From: a virus
Lineage: Duplodnaviria; Caudoviricetes
Reading direction: 5' to 3' (one strand)
Length of the DNA stretch: 64,000 bases
IMG/VR virus record: IMGVR_UViG_3300037255_000025
Location: 1 to 64,000 of that record
Both the position numbers and the translations under genes were made by a program. This document shows positions 8,596-16,391 of the stretch, in pieces. Within the stretch, counting starts at the first letter, position 1. Each line of letters begins with the position of its first letter. The notes beneath the pieces are model-generated. The model made no database searches, had not been told where the DNA came from, and saw only the letters and a program-made list of their open reading frames with translations.

Positions 8596-9714
8596 ATGGT
8601 CGCAGTCGCGTTGGGGCAGAGCATCGGGGTGTCGACGGGGAGCACGCCGCTGTTCTTCGTGAACACCATCACGGGGTCGATCGTGTCGGAGTACGGGTCC
8701 GCCGGGACGCTCGCGACGCCGTACGCGCTCACGTATGAGATCCAGGTAATCGCCACGGATGAACAACGGGGTACGCCCGTCACGACGCTCGCGCCGACGT
8801 CGGTCGACCTGGTCAACGACATGGTCTCGCCCGGGGTGTTCGCCGTCGACTGGACGGTCCCGTCGAGCGAGCCCCTGGGACTCCACCAGGTCATCTGGAC
8901 CCTGACGGCGACGCCGACGAGCGCGCCACAGCGTTTCCGCCGAGAGTTCGACGTCCTGCGGGGCGTCGCGGGTTTCGCCCAGAAGGGTTACGCGCTCGTC
9001 TCGGACTTCCGCCACGAGGGCGTCACGGTCGAGCGGGCGTCGGACACGCGACTCCAACTGCTCATTGAGGAGTGGAGCGGGATGCTGGACGTGTGGTGCC
9101 GGCGGTTCTTCGAGCCCCGCCAGCAGCAGCTCCTGCTCGACGGCAACGACTCCACAACGCTGGCGCTGCGCATCCCGATCATCGGGGTCTCGGACGTCTC
9201 GTCCATGAACGACGAGGGCGGCCCCGAGCCGATCGACCTGACGGCGTTGCGCTTCTACAACCGCCACCTGACCCAAGGGATGGTTCAACCGGACGACCGG
9301 GACGCGCCGCGGATCGAGTTCGTCCTGCTCCAGCCGATCCTGATCGGCATGTCCAGCACCTACTACCCCCAGCAGATGTTCCGCTCGGGCCGGTGGTCTC
9401 GTGGGACCCAGAACATCCGGGTCACCGGGGTCTTCGGCTACACCGACCTCGACGGCTCGCCCGCGGGGGACACGCCGATGTTGGCGCGGCGCGCGGTCCA
9501 GCTCTTGGTGATGCGAAACCTGCCGAAGCTCGTCCGGGTGAACGACCGGTTCGACGCCCGTGAGCGGCACCGGATCACGACCGAGAGCACGGGCGGGCAG
9601 AGTTACAGCCTTGCGGCGCGATGGGGCGCTCAAGCCGGCGAATGGACTGGGGACCCCGAGGTCGACCAATTGATCTCGCGCCTCACGGCCCCGACGCAGC
9701 TCGCCAGCACCTAA
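8596..9714 (+). CDS. Head-tail adaptor (HK97 gp6-like) with N-terminal Ig-like domain
   Basis: YALVSDFRHEG...LLIEEWSGMLDVWCRRFFEP...NIRVTGVFGY...ESTGGQSYS...TGDPEVDQLI; position after head genes. Confidence 0.7.
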   Translation: MVAVALGQSIGVSTGSTPLFFVNTITGSIVSEYGSAGTLATPYALTYEIQVIATDEQRGTPVTTLAPTSVDLVNDMVSPGVFAVDWTVPSSEPLGLHQVIWTLTATPTSAPQRFRREFDVLRGVAGFAQKGYALVSDFRHEGVTVERASDTRLQLLIEEWSGMLDVWCRRFFEPRQQQLLLDGNDSTTLALRIPIIGVSDVSSMNDEGGPEPIDLTALRFYNRHLTQGMVQPDDRDAPRIEFVLLQPILIGMSSTYYPQQMFRSGRWSRGTQNIRVTGVFGYTDLDGSPAGDTPMLARRAVQLLVMRNLPKLVRVNDRFDARERHRITTESTGGQSYSLAARWGAQAGEWTGDPEVDQLISRLTAPTQLAST

Positions 9715-9803
9715 GACTCGTCTTCTGCACTGAGCCCCAGCTTCACGCGAAGCTCCTCTTGAGAGACCGCGCCGCCAGTTTCCAGGCCCACGAGCGCTGG
9801 CTT

Positions 9804-10025
9804 TTACTGTTCGGCCGAATCGCTAGAGTCGATGATGCGGATGTTGTCCGCCATCATTGCGATTTCCATTCCTTGCACAGCCTTCTTACCGCACGAATCG
9901 CATTTGTAGTTCTGGGCGTCCGGCTCAGTGCTGCCGTAGCGAATCTCGCCGCAGCTCAGGCACACGCCGTTCATTTCGTTGTTGTGCTCGTGGTACTCAG
10001 CTACAGTCATATTGAGCTTGGCCAT
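9804..10025 (-). CDS. Small Zn-ribbon protein
   Basis: CLSCG...EPDA..YKCDSCG; visibly lower-GC DNA. Confidence 0.7.
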   Translation of the reverse strand: MAKLNMTVAEYHEHNNEMNGVCLSCGEIRYGSTEPDAQNYKCDSCGKKAVQGMEIAMMADNIRIIDSSDSAEQ

Positions 10026-10088
10026 ATAAAGCCCCTTTCTATAAAGCCTACGTCAACCGCAGGCTGGTGTTCTCGGGTTCGGCCTCGT

Positions 10089-10334
10089 CTAAGCCGACAG
10101 GTCGAGCGAGCCGTCCTGAACGGGTAGGCTTGCCCTCGCTCGGGCGCGCGCCTCGATCTCGCGCTCCGCTAGCTTGTGCGCCAGCAGGCTTCGGATGACC
10201 CCCGCGACGCTGGTCTGCTCGTCGGCCGCGACCGCGAGGAGCCGCTGGTACATAGGCCGCGACACCTTGATCGACAGCGCCACGATCTCGGGGTCTTGGT
10301 CCTGTCGGCGCTTTCCTGATCCCGGGCCGCCCAT
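10089..10334 (-). CDS. Ribbon-helix-helix DNA-binding protein
   Basis: VALSIKVSRPMYQRLLAVAADEQTSVAGVIRSLL. Confidence 0.6.
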   Translation of the reverse strand: MGGPGSGKRRQDQDPEIVALSIKVSRPMYQRLLAVAADEQTSVAGVIRSLLAHKLAEREIEARARARASLPVQDGSLDLSA

Positions 10335-10945
10335 CAAGCGCCTCGCTGGAGCTTGCGCGCGTCGGTCGCGACCTTCTCGAGGTCGGACCGGTTGCGGGGG
10401 TGGCACAGGATCGGCCCAAAGCGCTGCTCAATGTACGCCGCGACGTCCTCGCTGCTCGCGTCAATCTCAGCGATGAAACTCGCGGCGCTCCGGCACACGC
10501 CACGCACGAGGCCTCCCTGGTACGTGTTGGGCGCGTCTTCCGGCGCCTTTGCGGCGCCCACTTCTTGGGCTGACGGGACCCAGGCCGGCGTGTAGTCGAA
10601 CGTGAAGCTCGGGTAATAGTCGACAGCGTAGTCGGTGCCGATGCGGAGCCAGACGCGCCCCGTCGAGGCTTCCACGAGCTGCCACCCAACGAAACCCCCT
10701 ACGTCGCCGTTCACGGCACCGACGCTTTCGATACGGAGGTCCTCGACCGGCTGGCGGAAGAACGTCTTGCCCGCGACCGGGACGCTTACGAGTTCCTTGA
10801 AGCTCGACCGGTACCCGTCGTTCTCGTCCTCAAGCGCCTCGTAAGCCCAGCGCTTCCTCGATCCGTCGACCAGGATGCACAGGCAGTTCCCGTCGACGCC
10901 GCAGAATCCCACGGTTTGGCCGACTAGCTCGCTGAACGTTCTCAC
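10334..10945 (-). CDS. Phage hypothetical protein
   Basis: EDENDGYRSS and IGTDYAVDYYPSFTFDY motifs; AAGGAAGG RBS. Confidence 0.6.
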   Translation of the reverse strand: MRTFSELVGQTVGFCGVDGNCLCILVDGSRKRWAYEALEDENDGYRSSFKELVSVPVAGKTFFRQPVEDLRIESVGAVNGDVGGFVGWQLVEASTGRVWLRIGTDYAVDYYPSFTFDYTPAWVPSAQEVGAAKAPEDAPNTYQGGLVRGVCRSAASFIAEIDASSEDVAAYIEQRFGPILCHPRNRSDLEKVATDARKLQRGA

Positions 10946-11135
10946 GTGTCGCCTTCCTTGTCTCGTGCGGGATCCGTCTCGGTCGCCCGATTTGACCGCT
11001 CCTCCTTCACACGATCGGCCCGCGCATCGTACGAACCGGCCCGCTAACCGCGCGGGAGCTGCTGCCAGGTTTCCACTCGCCACTCCGACGCTGTCCAAAA
11101 AGCCTCAACGGGCGCGTCTAGGTGCGACCTAATGG

Positions 11136-11372
11136 TCACGGCGCGCCCCCGTCCCGCGACGAGCCGGCGTCCGCGTGTGTCCGGGTCTCCTGGGCGAGTT
11201 GGCCCGCGACGGGATCGAAGTCCGCCGGCACGCCGTAGACTGGTTCGCGGCGCGGCGGCGCATAGTCGTGGGCGGCCGTGATGTCTTGCTCGACGCATTC
11301 GCGCAGCGACATCACGGCCAGGAAGCCCGCCGACGCCATCGCCAGGACGTAGAACACCGTGCGCTTGTCCAT
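11136..11372 (-). CDS. Small membrane-anchored protein
   Basis: N-terminal TM segment; GGAGGTGA RBS. Confidence 0.55.
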   Translation of the reverse strand: MDKRTVFYVLAMASAGFLAVMSLRECVEQDITAAHDYAPPRREPVYGVPADFDPVAGQLAQETRTHADAGSSRDGGAP

Positions 11373-11397
11373 TTGATCCTCGTCACCTCCGCCGGAT

Positions 11398-11422
11398 CCC
11401 TTACCCCCGGGGCCGCGGGTTC
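11398..11422 (-). promoter_or_regulatory. Conserved ECF-like promoter motif
   Basis: GAAC-N15-TAAGGG, with a separate GGAGGTGA RBS downstream. Confidence 0.7.
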
Positions 11423-11425
11423 GCG

Positions 11426-11752
11426 TCAGGGGCCGTCGACGCACGAGAGCTTCTCGGGTTCGTCGTCCCCGACCAACTCCGTCATCTTCGCGTCGAGGTC
11501 CGCGAGCTTGTGATCGATGGCGTCGAGCCGCGACGATGACGGAGGGCACCGTTTGTCCTGCGCCTTGATCTGCGCCTCGCGCTCGTTGGAGACGGTCGAG
11601 AGTGTGCGACGGCAGTCCTCGCAGGCCAGCACCAAGGACGAGGTGTCGGCGGACAACTCAGCAAGCTGCGACTGGAGTTTGTAGACGTAGACGTTGCTCG
11701 CGACGAGCAACGCGCTCAACGCGGCGATGACGTACGTGCGGGCTTCGCTCAC
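11426..11752 (-). CDS. TM plus coiled-coil protein (spanin-like?)
   Basis: N-terminal TM then heptad-rich helix; coupled to the lysin-like gene. Confidence 0.45.
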   Translation of the reverse strand: MSEARTYVIAALSALLVASNVYVYKLQSQLAELSADTSSLVLACEDCRRTLSTVSNEREAQIKAQDKRCPPSSSRLDAIDHKLADLDAKMTELVGDDEPEKLSCVDGP

Positions 11753-12411
11753 GGCAGCCCCGCCACTTCCACGACCGGCGCGGCGACCGTCACCGGGGCC
11801 ACGGGTGCCGCGGGCAGATCGGGGGCGCGCACGGCACGCGCGATGGACCCCATCAACTCGTGCGACCGGAGGACGGCCGCCGACAGCTTGCAACCACCCC
11901 CGGCGTAGACCGCGTACCAGTCCTCCTTGGGCACGAGCGCGTGCTGGCACTCGCGGATCGACCGCCACATCCGCCTCAAGGCCTCGCGCATCGCGGCACG
12001 CCGGTCCGTGTCGTACAGCACCGACTCCGCGCACGGCCCCGGCGGGGCGTTCGGGCCCGTCACGCAGGACATCGGGTGGAGTTGCCACATCGAGTGGGCG
12101 TCACCACCGTCGCACCGCGGACCCTTGCCATCTGCTCCTCGGTAACACGGGCCGAGATCCACATCGGGGGCGAAGCCGGACTCGTGCCAAGCTACGCCCA
12201 GCGCCATGTGGATCACGTTGACCGCGCACGCGCGGTTCCCCCGGCAGACCTCGTCGGCCACGACGACAGTGTCCAGCGCGATCGAGTAGTAGCGACGGAG
12301 CCGGGCCTCGGGCGTCTCGGCCCAACCTGGAAGCTGCTCGTGCGGCTTGCCGATCGGGGACAGGTACAGCAGGACGGCGAGCGCCCGCGCGAATAGTACG
12401 AAAGTTGCCAT
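11749..12411 (-). CDS. Lysozyme-like / lytic transglycosylase protein with N-terminal signal
   Basis: ALGVAWHESGF (catalytic Glu, ES motif) and SMWQL motif. Confidence 0.6.
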   Translation of the reverse strand: MATFVLFARALAVLLYLSPIGKPHEQLPGWAETPEARLRRYYSIALDTVVVADEVCRGNRACAVNVIHMALGVAWHESGFAPDVDLGPCYRGADGKGPRCDGGDAHSMWQLHPMSCVTGPNAPPGPCAESVLYDTDRRAAMREALRRMWRSIRECQHALVPKEDWYAVYAGGGCKLSAAVLRSHELMGSIARAVRAPDLPAAPVAPVTVAAPVVEVAGLP

Positions 12412-12417
12412 GCGCCG

Positions 12418-12442
12418 GTCTTACGTCCTCCGAGGTAGGTTC
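12418..12442 (-). promoter_or_regulatory. Conserved ECF-like promoter motif
   Basis: GAAC-N15-TAAGAC-N6-ATG. Confidence 0.7.
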
Positions 12443-12539
12443 AGCAAGCCCAGCGAGCGCAACCGGCGTGCTGGAGGAACGACTCGGTTTGCTTCACCGT
12501 AGGATCCAGCTCGGTCTTGTATGCTCGAAGGATCTTCAC
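12441..12539 (-). pseudogene. tnpB: Truncated copy of the TnpB N-terminus (32 aa)
   Basis: MKILRAYKTELDPTVKQTESFLQHAGCARWAC*; near-identical DNA to the 5' end of the TnpB starting at 462. Confidence 0.85.
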
Positions 12540-12590
12540 GTTCGCGGGCTCCTTACCCCCCGCGGGGGGGTCTTAAGATTTCGACCGTGG

Positions 12591-12596
12591 TAGGCT
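12591..12596 (+). promoter_or_regulatory. Extended -10 box, leaderless
   Basis: TGG-TAGGCT-N6-ATG. Confidence 0.55.
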
Positions 12597-12602
12597 TCGA
12601 CG

Positions 12603-13106
12603 ATGCGCGGACGATTGATGCCTGGGTCGAAGTTCATGGCCACGATCGCGCAGATCGATGCCCAACTTTCCCAGCTCTCGACGCCCGGGATGGACCCGAT
12701 CTTTCGCGAGCCCCGTGTCGGCGTCGACCCGAACACGAATGAGCGTGTGCTGGGGCGCAAGGAATCGACCGTGCGGCTCCCCTGCCAGATCCAGCCGCAG
12801 ACGTACCAGCAGCTCGCCCAGACCGCGACCGGCATCACGCCCAAGACCGCGCTCAAGCTGCTATTCCACTACGAGGACTTCGAGGAGCGCGGGATGGTGG
12901 ACCCGAAGCGCCGCAACACCCCCATCCGACCGACCGACCGGCTGGTCGAGATCAGCAGCTACGAGACGGGCGAACGGCTGCTGTACTTCGCATACCCCCC
13001 GGGCGTCTTCGCGACCGAGTGCCTCGTGACGGGCTTCCAGGATGGTTACGCGAACCTTTTGACCGTTACCTTCGGGGACCGCGCACAAGGCAAACCGATG
13101 GGCTGA
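12603..13106 (+). CDS. Head closure / head-tail joining protein
   Basis: Beta-rich 167 aa (VRLPCQI, IRPTDRLVEI); synteny; TAGGCT 6 nt before ATG. Confidence 0.55.
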   Translation: MRGRLMPGSKFMATIAQIDAQLSQLSTPGMDPIFREPRVGVDPNTNERVLGRKESTVRLPCQIQPQTYQQLAQTATGITPKTALKLLFHYEDFEERGMVDPKRRNTPIRPTDRLVEISSYETGERLLYFAYPPGVFATECLVTGFQDGYANLLTVTFGDRAQGKPMG

Positions 13107-13116
13107 CGGGTAAGGA
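13092..13116 (+). promoter_or_regulatory. Conserved ECF-like promoter motif
   Basis: AAAC-N15-TAAGGA-N6-ATG. Confidence 0.65.
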
Positions 13117-13122
13117 GCCGTC

Positions 13123-13455
13123 ATGATCAAACCTGGCGTCACGGCTGCAATTCAACGGACCCACGAGACGTTCGCCCGCCTTATCGAGACCACGAGCGCC
13201 GCGGACCTCTCGGGCTCGGTCGCGTGTGAGCTACGCCGGCTCAAGATCCTCCTTCGAGCGGACCTGCTGAACCCCGACGTCATGGACCGCGCGCTCGAGG
13301 TCCTGCCGCAGCTCGTGGCCGCGACGAGGCACTTTCAGATGTTGGCGCAGGCCATGGGGTCGACCACGGCCCTCGACGTGGCGGTCGCGTCCCACGACGC
13401 CGCGCTGCGGGCGGTCGATGCTCTCTGCGGGCTCGTCGACTTGGTCGTGGGGTAG
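13123..13455 (+). CDS. Hypothetical helical protein
   Basis: ATG 6 nt after the AAAC-N15-TAAGGA motif. Confidence 0.55.
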   Translation: MIKPGVTAAIQRTHETFARLIETTSAADLSGSVACELRRLKILLRADLLNPDVMDRALEVLPQLVAATRHFQMLAQAMGSTTALDVAVASHDAALRAVDALCGLVDLVVG

Positions 13456-13457
13456 CG

Positions 13458-13763
13458 GTGTCGGCGCCGCTCACCCACCTCGCCGTCAAGACCGTCGACG
13501 ACGGCATCGTGCTGGCTTGCCAGAGCGCCGCCGAGGCCCGACACCCAACGCGCTGGGCGTTGAGCCCCCGGGTCTTCTTCCGCGAGGGCGGCGCGCAGTA
13601 CACATGGCTTCGGTCGCCTACGTTCGTGACCTGCCCCCGATGCCGCGCGGCCTCGACGGCAAAGCACGCGGCGGTCGTCTCGACACCGCCGCCCGAGAGT
13701 GCACCCACGCCGCCGCGCAAGCCGGGACGACCCCGCGGTCGACCGCGCACCGAAGACACCTGA
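13458..13763 (+). CDS. Small protein with CxxC and C-terminal AT-hook-like motif
   Basis: VTCPRC...RKPGRPRGRPR. Confidence 0.5.
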   Translation: MSAPLTHLAVKTVDDGIVLACQSAAEARHPTRWALSPRVFFREGGAQYTWLRSPTFVTCPRCRAASTAKHAAVVSTPPPESAPTPPRKPGRPRGRPRTEDT

Positions 13764-13783
13764 TCTGCGCTAAGCTCGGCGCC

Positions 13784-14875
13784 GTGGCAGTCCCGTCCCT
13801 GTACTCGATTACGCCTACGTCGGGCCACTCTGGCGGCGGCCAACTTCTCCAGGTCTTCGGGTCCGGCTTCAACCCGCCGGGGGGCATCACGGTGCCGCCG
13901 CGCCGCGTCCACGGTCCCTGGTCGACGCCGAACCCTGGCGTCGCGCCCCCGCCGTCCCCGACGATGCAGGTCTTGTTCAGCACGTACACGCTGGTGCCGA
14001 ACCCCGGTGGCGGCCCCCCGCTGCTGGAGGCCGGGCCGCAAGTCCCGGCGACCAACGTCGCGGTCATCTCGACAGGGATCCTGACGTGCACGACCCCCGT
14101 CGCAGGTCCCACGGGCGTCCCGTGGATCGCCCCGTCGCCGAACCGCGCGGGCCAGATCGCGATCCCGGCCAGCGACGTCACGGTCGTGAACCTTGACCCG
14201 TACGGGGTGCCGATCCCCGGCGAGACCGCGGTACTACCCGAGTCGTACAGCTTCCTGCGCCCCGACTTCACCGTACCGGGGGTCGCCGCGACCGTCATCG
14301 GCGCGCTCATCCTGGACCTACAGCGGCAGATCCTGCCCAACGTGGAGTTCAACCCCCACACGGACTACGACGCGACCTCAGGGGACTTCCTTAACATCGC
14401 GTTCCCAAGCGCCCTGCCGGGGCTGGCGATCATGAACCTCAAGATGCCCCAAGCGGAGGGCCGCCCCAGGAGCACGGAGGAGGAGGTCACGTTCACGACC
14501 GCGAGCGGCTACACGTTCCAGCGACTGTCGGTCTTGCGCGACCTCGTGTTCACCGTCCTGGGCGTGAGCGACAACCAGAGCGAGCTGCTCGGGATCGCAG
14601 AGGCGATGGAGGTGTACTTCCGCCGCAGCGGCGGCATCACGGTTCCGGCCGATACAAGCAACCCGACGGGACCAACCGTCACGCTCCCCTTTTACCGGGA
14701 AACCGACAACGTCTTCACGGGTCGCGTCGGGGTATCGAACGTGGTGGCGTTCACGTTCACCATTCGTGTTGTAGGCGTTCCCTTCGCCGATATGCCAGGC
14801 CTCGCGCCGGACGCTCAAGCGATCGGCGCGAGCTTCGGCGGCGCGAGCGGCGTCCAGATCCAGAGCACCCGCTAG
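13784..14875 (+). CDS. IPT/TIG-domain tail terminator-like protein
   Basis: PSLYSITPTSGHSGGGQLLQVFGSGF (IPT domain); C-terminal DLVFTVLGVSDN; TAAGCT 7 nt before GTG. Confidence 0.6.
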   Translation: MAVPSLYSITPTSGHSGGGQLLQVFGSGFNPPGGITVPPRRVHGPWSTPNPGVAPPPSPTMQVLFSTYTLVPNPGGGPPLLEAGPQVPATNVAVISTGILTCTTPVAGPTGVPWIAPSPNRAGQIAIPASDVTVVNLDPYGVPIPGETAVLPESYSFLRPDFTVPGVAATVIGALILDLQRQILPNVEFNPHTDYDATSGDFLNIAFPSALPGLAIMNLKMPQAEGRPRSTEEEVTFTTASGYTFQRLSVLRDLVFTVLGVSDNQSELLGIAEAMEVYFRRSGGITVPADTSNPTGPTVTLPFYRETDNVFTGRVGVSNVVAFTFTIRVVGVPFADMPGLAPDAQAIGASFGGASGVQIQSTR

Positions 14876-15387
14876 CAGGGCCGCCAGGTATCCGGCTCGT
14901 GGCCAAGGTAGTCGGCGAGTTCTTCGTAGCCGAAGCCGCCGCGCTCCGCGATGCGCGCGGCGTCCTGGTCTCGAGCGCTGCCGGGGAACGCCCGCGCGTA
15001 ACCCACCCAGGCCGCTTCGTGTTCTGACCACGTGATTGTTCCGCGGGCGCGTCCACCGCGCGCTTGCTCCCGCTGCACAGGCGCCCGCCGTTCTGTCGCC
15101 GTGGGTGGGTCGTCGCGCAGCCCCAGGCTCCGCTCCCGAAGCCGCAGTTGTTCCTCGGTGAGCGTGATGTTGACGCGGTCTTGCTCGGCACGACGCGCGA
15201 CCTCAGCCTTCAATTCGTTGCGCTCGCGCTCCAAGGCGGCATGCTCTTCGAGCAACCCCGGCAGGTAGCTTGCGATGTTGGCGTCGACGAGGTTGCGCGC
15301 CGCGATGTCTCCGCGGAGCACGCAATTCCACATACGGTCGATGATCTTGTTACGCTCGACCCGGACGCGCTTCGCGGTGCCGCTCAC
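14872..15387 (-). CDS. Hypothetical protein
   Basis: Coupled to ndk by GTGA overlap; RIAERGGFGYEEL. Confidence 0.55.
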   Translation of the reverse strand: MSGTAKRVRVERNKIIDRMWNCVLRGDIAARNLVDANIASYLPGLLEEHAALERERNELKAEVARRAEQDRVNITLTEEQLRLRERSLGLRDDPPTATERRAPVQREQARGGRARGTITWSEHEAAWVGYARAFPGSARDQDAARIAERGGFGYEELADYLGHEPDTWRPC

Positions 15388-15875
15388 AGTCTCTCCGGCG
15401 CTTCCATCCAGGCGCGGTCCTCCAGCTCGTTGGTGGCGAAGAAAAAACGAGACTCGTGCACGACCGACTCCGGCGAGTCGCTCCCGTGGGCGGCGTTGCG
15501 GTAGATGGGCGCGCCTTCGGTCCGGTCGCCCCAGCGACCACGAATGGTGTCGGGCCACGCGACCCGCGGGTCTGTCGAGCCGAGCAAGGTGCGCCACTTC
15601 GACACCGCGATCCCCTCGGGGACGTCCCGCAGTTCCAGCACCATCGCGACCACCGGGCCCGACGCCATGAATTCGCAGAGCGGTGCGAAGAACGAGCGAT
15701 CTCGGTGCTCCCGGTAGAACTCGTCCCAGCGACGGGTATCAACACGCCCACGCTTCAGCGCGACGATGCGGAATCCCGCGGCCAAGATGTCCGTCATGAT
15801 AGCGCGCTCCGCGACGCCCTCGGGGTCCTGGGTCACGTCAGGCTTGAGAAGGGCAAAAGTACGACTCGTCGGCAT
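15384..15875 (-). CDS. ndk: Nucleoside diphosphate kinase
   Basis: RTFALLKPD, FYREH..RSFF..LCEFMASGPVVAMVL, TIRG, RNAAHGSDS with catalytic His. Confidence 0.95.
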   Translation of the reverse strand: MPTSRTFALLKPDVTQDPEGVAERAIMTDILAAGFRIVALKRGRVDTRRWDEFYREHRDRSFFAPLCEFMASGPVVAMVLELRDVPEGIAVSKWRTLLGSTDPRVAWPDTIRGRWGDRTEGAPIYRNAAHGSDSPESVVHESRFFFATNELEDRAWMEAPERL

Positions 15876-15894
15876 CGGGGAACCTCCGCCGGGC

Positions 15895-15919
15895 TCCTTA
15901 CCCCGTGCGGGGCCCGTTC
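15895..15919 (-). promoter_or_regulatory. Conserved ECF-like promoter motif (ndk)
   Basis: GAAC-N15-TAAGGA, with a separate GGAGG RBS downstream. Confidence 0.7.
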
Positions 15920-15920
15920 G

Positions 15921-15950
15921 TTGACACCGAGGCCCGTTGGGCCGTAGGCT
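15921..15950 (+). promoter_or_regulatory. Sigma70-type promoter of the sheath operon, leaderless
   Basis: TTGACA-18-TAGGCT-N6-GTG. Confidence 0.65.
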
Positions 15951-15956
15951 TCCCGC

Positions 15957-16388
15957 GTGAAGACCATCTCGATCGCGAACCTGCGTCGCACCATGCTGCC
16001 GCCGATGCACATCCCGGAGCTGGGGCTGCTCGAGCACCGGATCGGGACCAACGAGCGGGACAAGCGCACGGGCGTGGTCGGGCGGCGTAAGCTGGTCCGG
16101 CAGCTCCAGCAAACCATCACGCTCACCGCCAAGGGCACGCCGGGCGACCGGGTCGATCGACTACCCGAAGGCGCGGCTCGCGCGGTCGACGTCGTGGCGG
16201 CGCTGCGACGCGGCGACATCCGGCTCACCGTCGTGGAGCACGCCGCGGAGGCGCAGCCCGCCACGGCGCCTCCGGTCATCAGCGTTTCCGACGGGTTCTC
16301 GATGGGGTCTGTCCCGGAGCCCGGTCCCACCAGCACGAAGCCGCCCACCCCCAAGGTTCCCGCGGCCCCGCCCGCGGCGAAGGACTGA
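15957..16388 (+). CDS. Hypothetical protein preceding the tail sheath
   Basis: TTGACA-18-TAGGCT, 6 nt before GTG. Confidence 0.6.
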   Translation: MKTISIANLRRTMLPPMHIPELGLLEHRIGTNERDKRTGVVGRRKLVRQLQQTITLTAKGTPGDRVDRLPEGAARAVDVVAALRRGDIRLTVVEHAAEAQPATAPPVISVSDGFSMGSVPEPGPTSTKPPTPKVPAAPPAAKD

Positions 16389-16391
16389 CCC

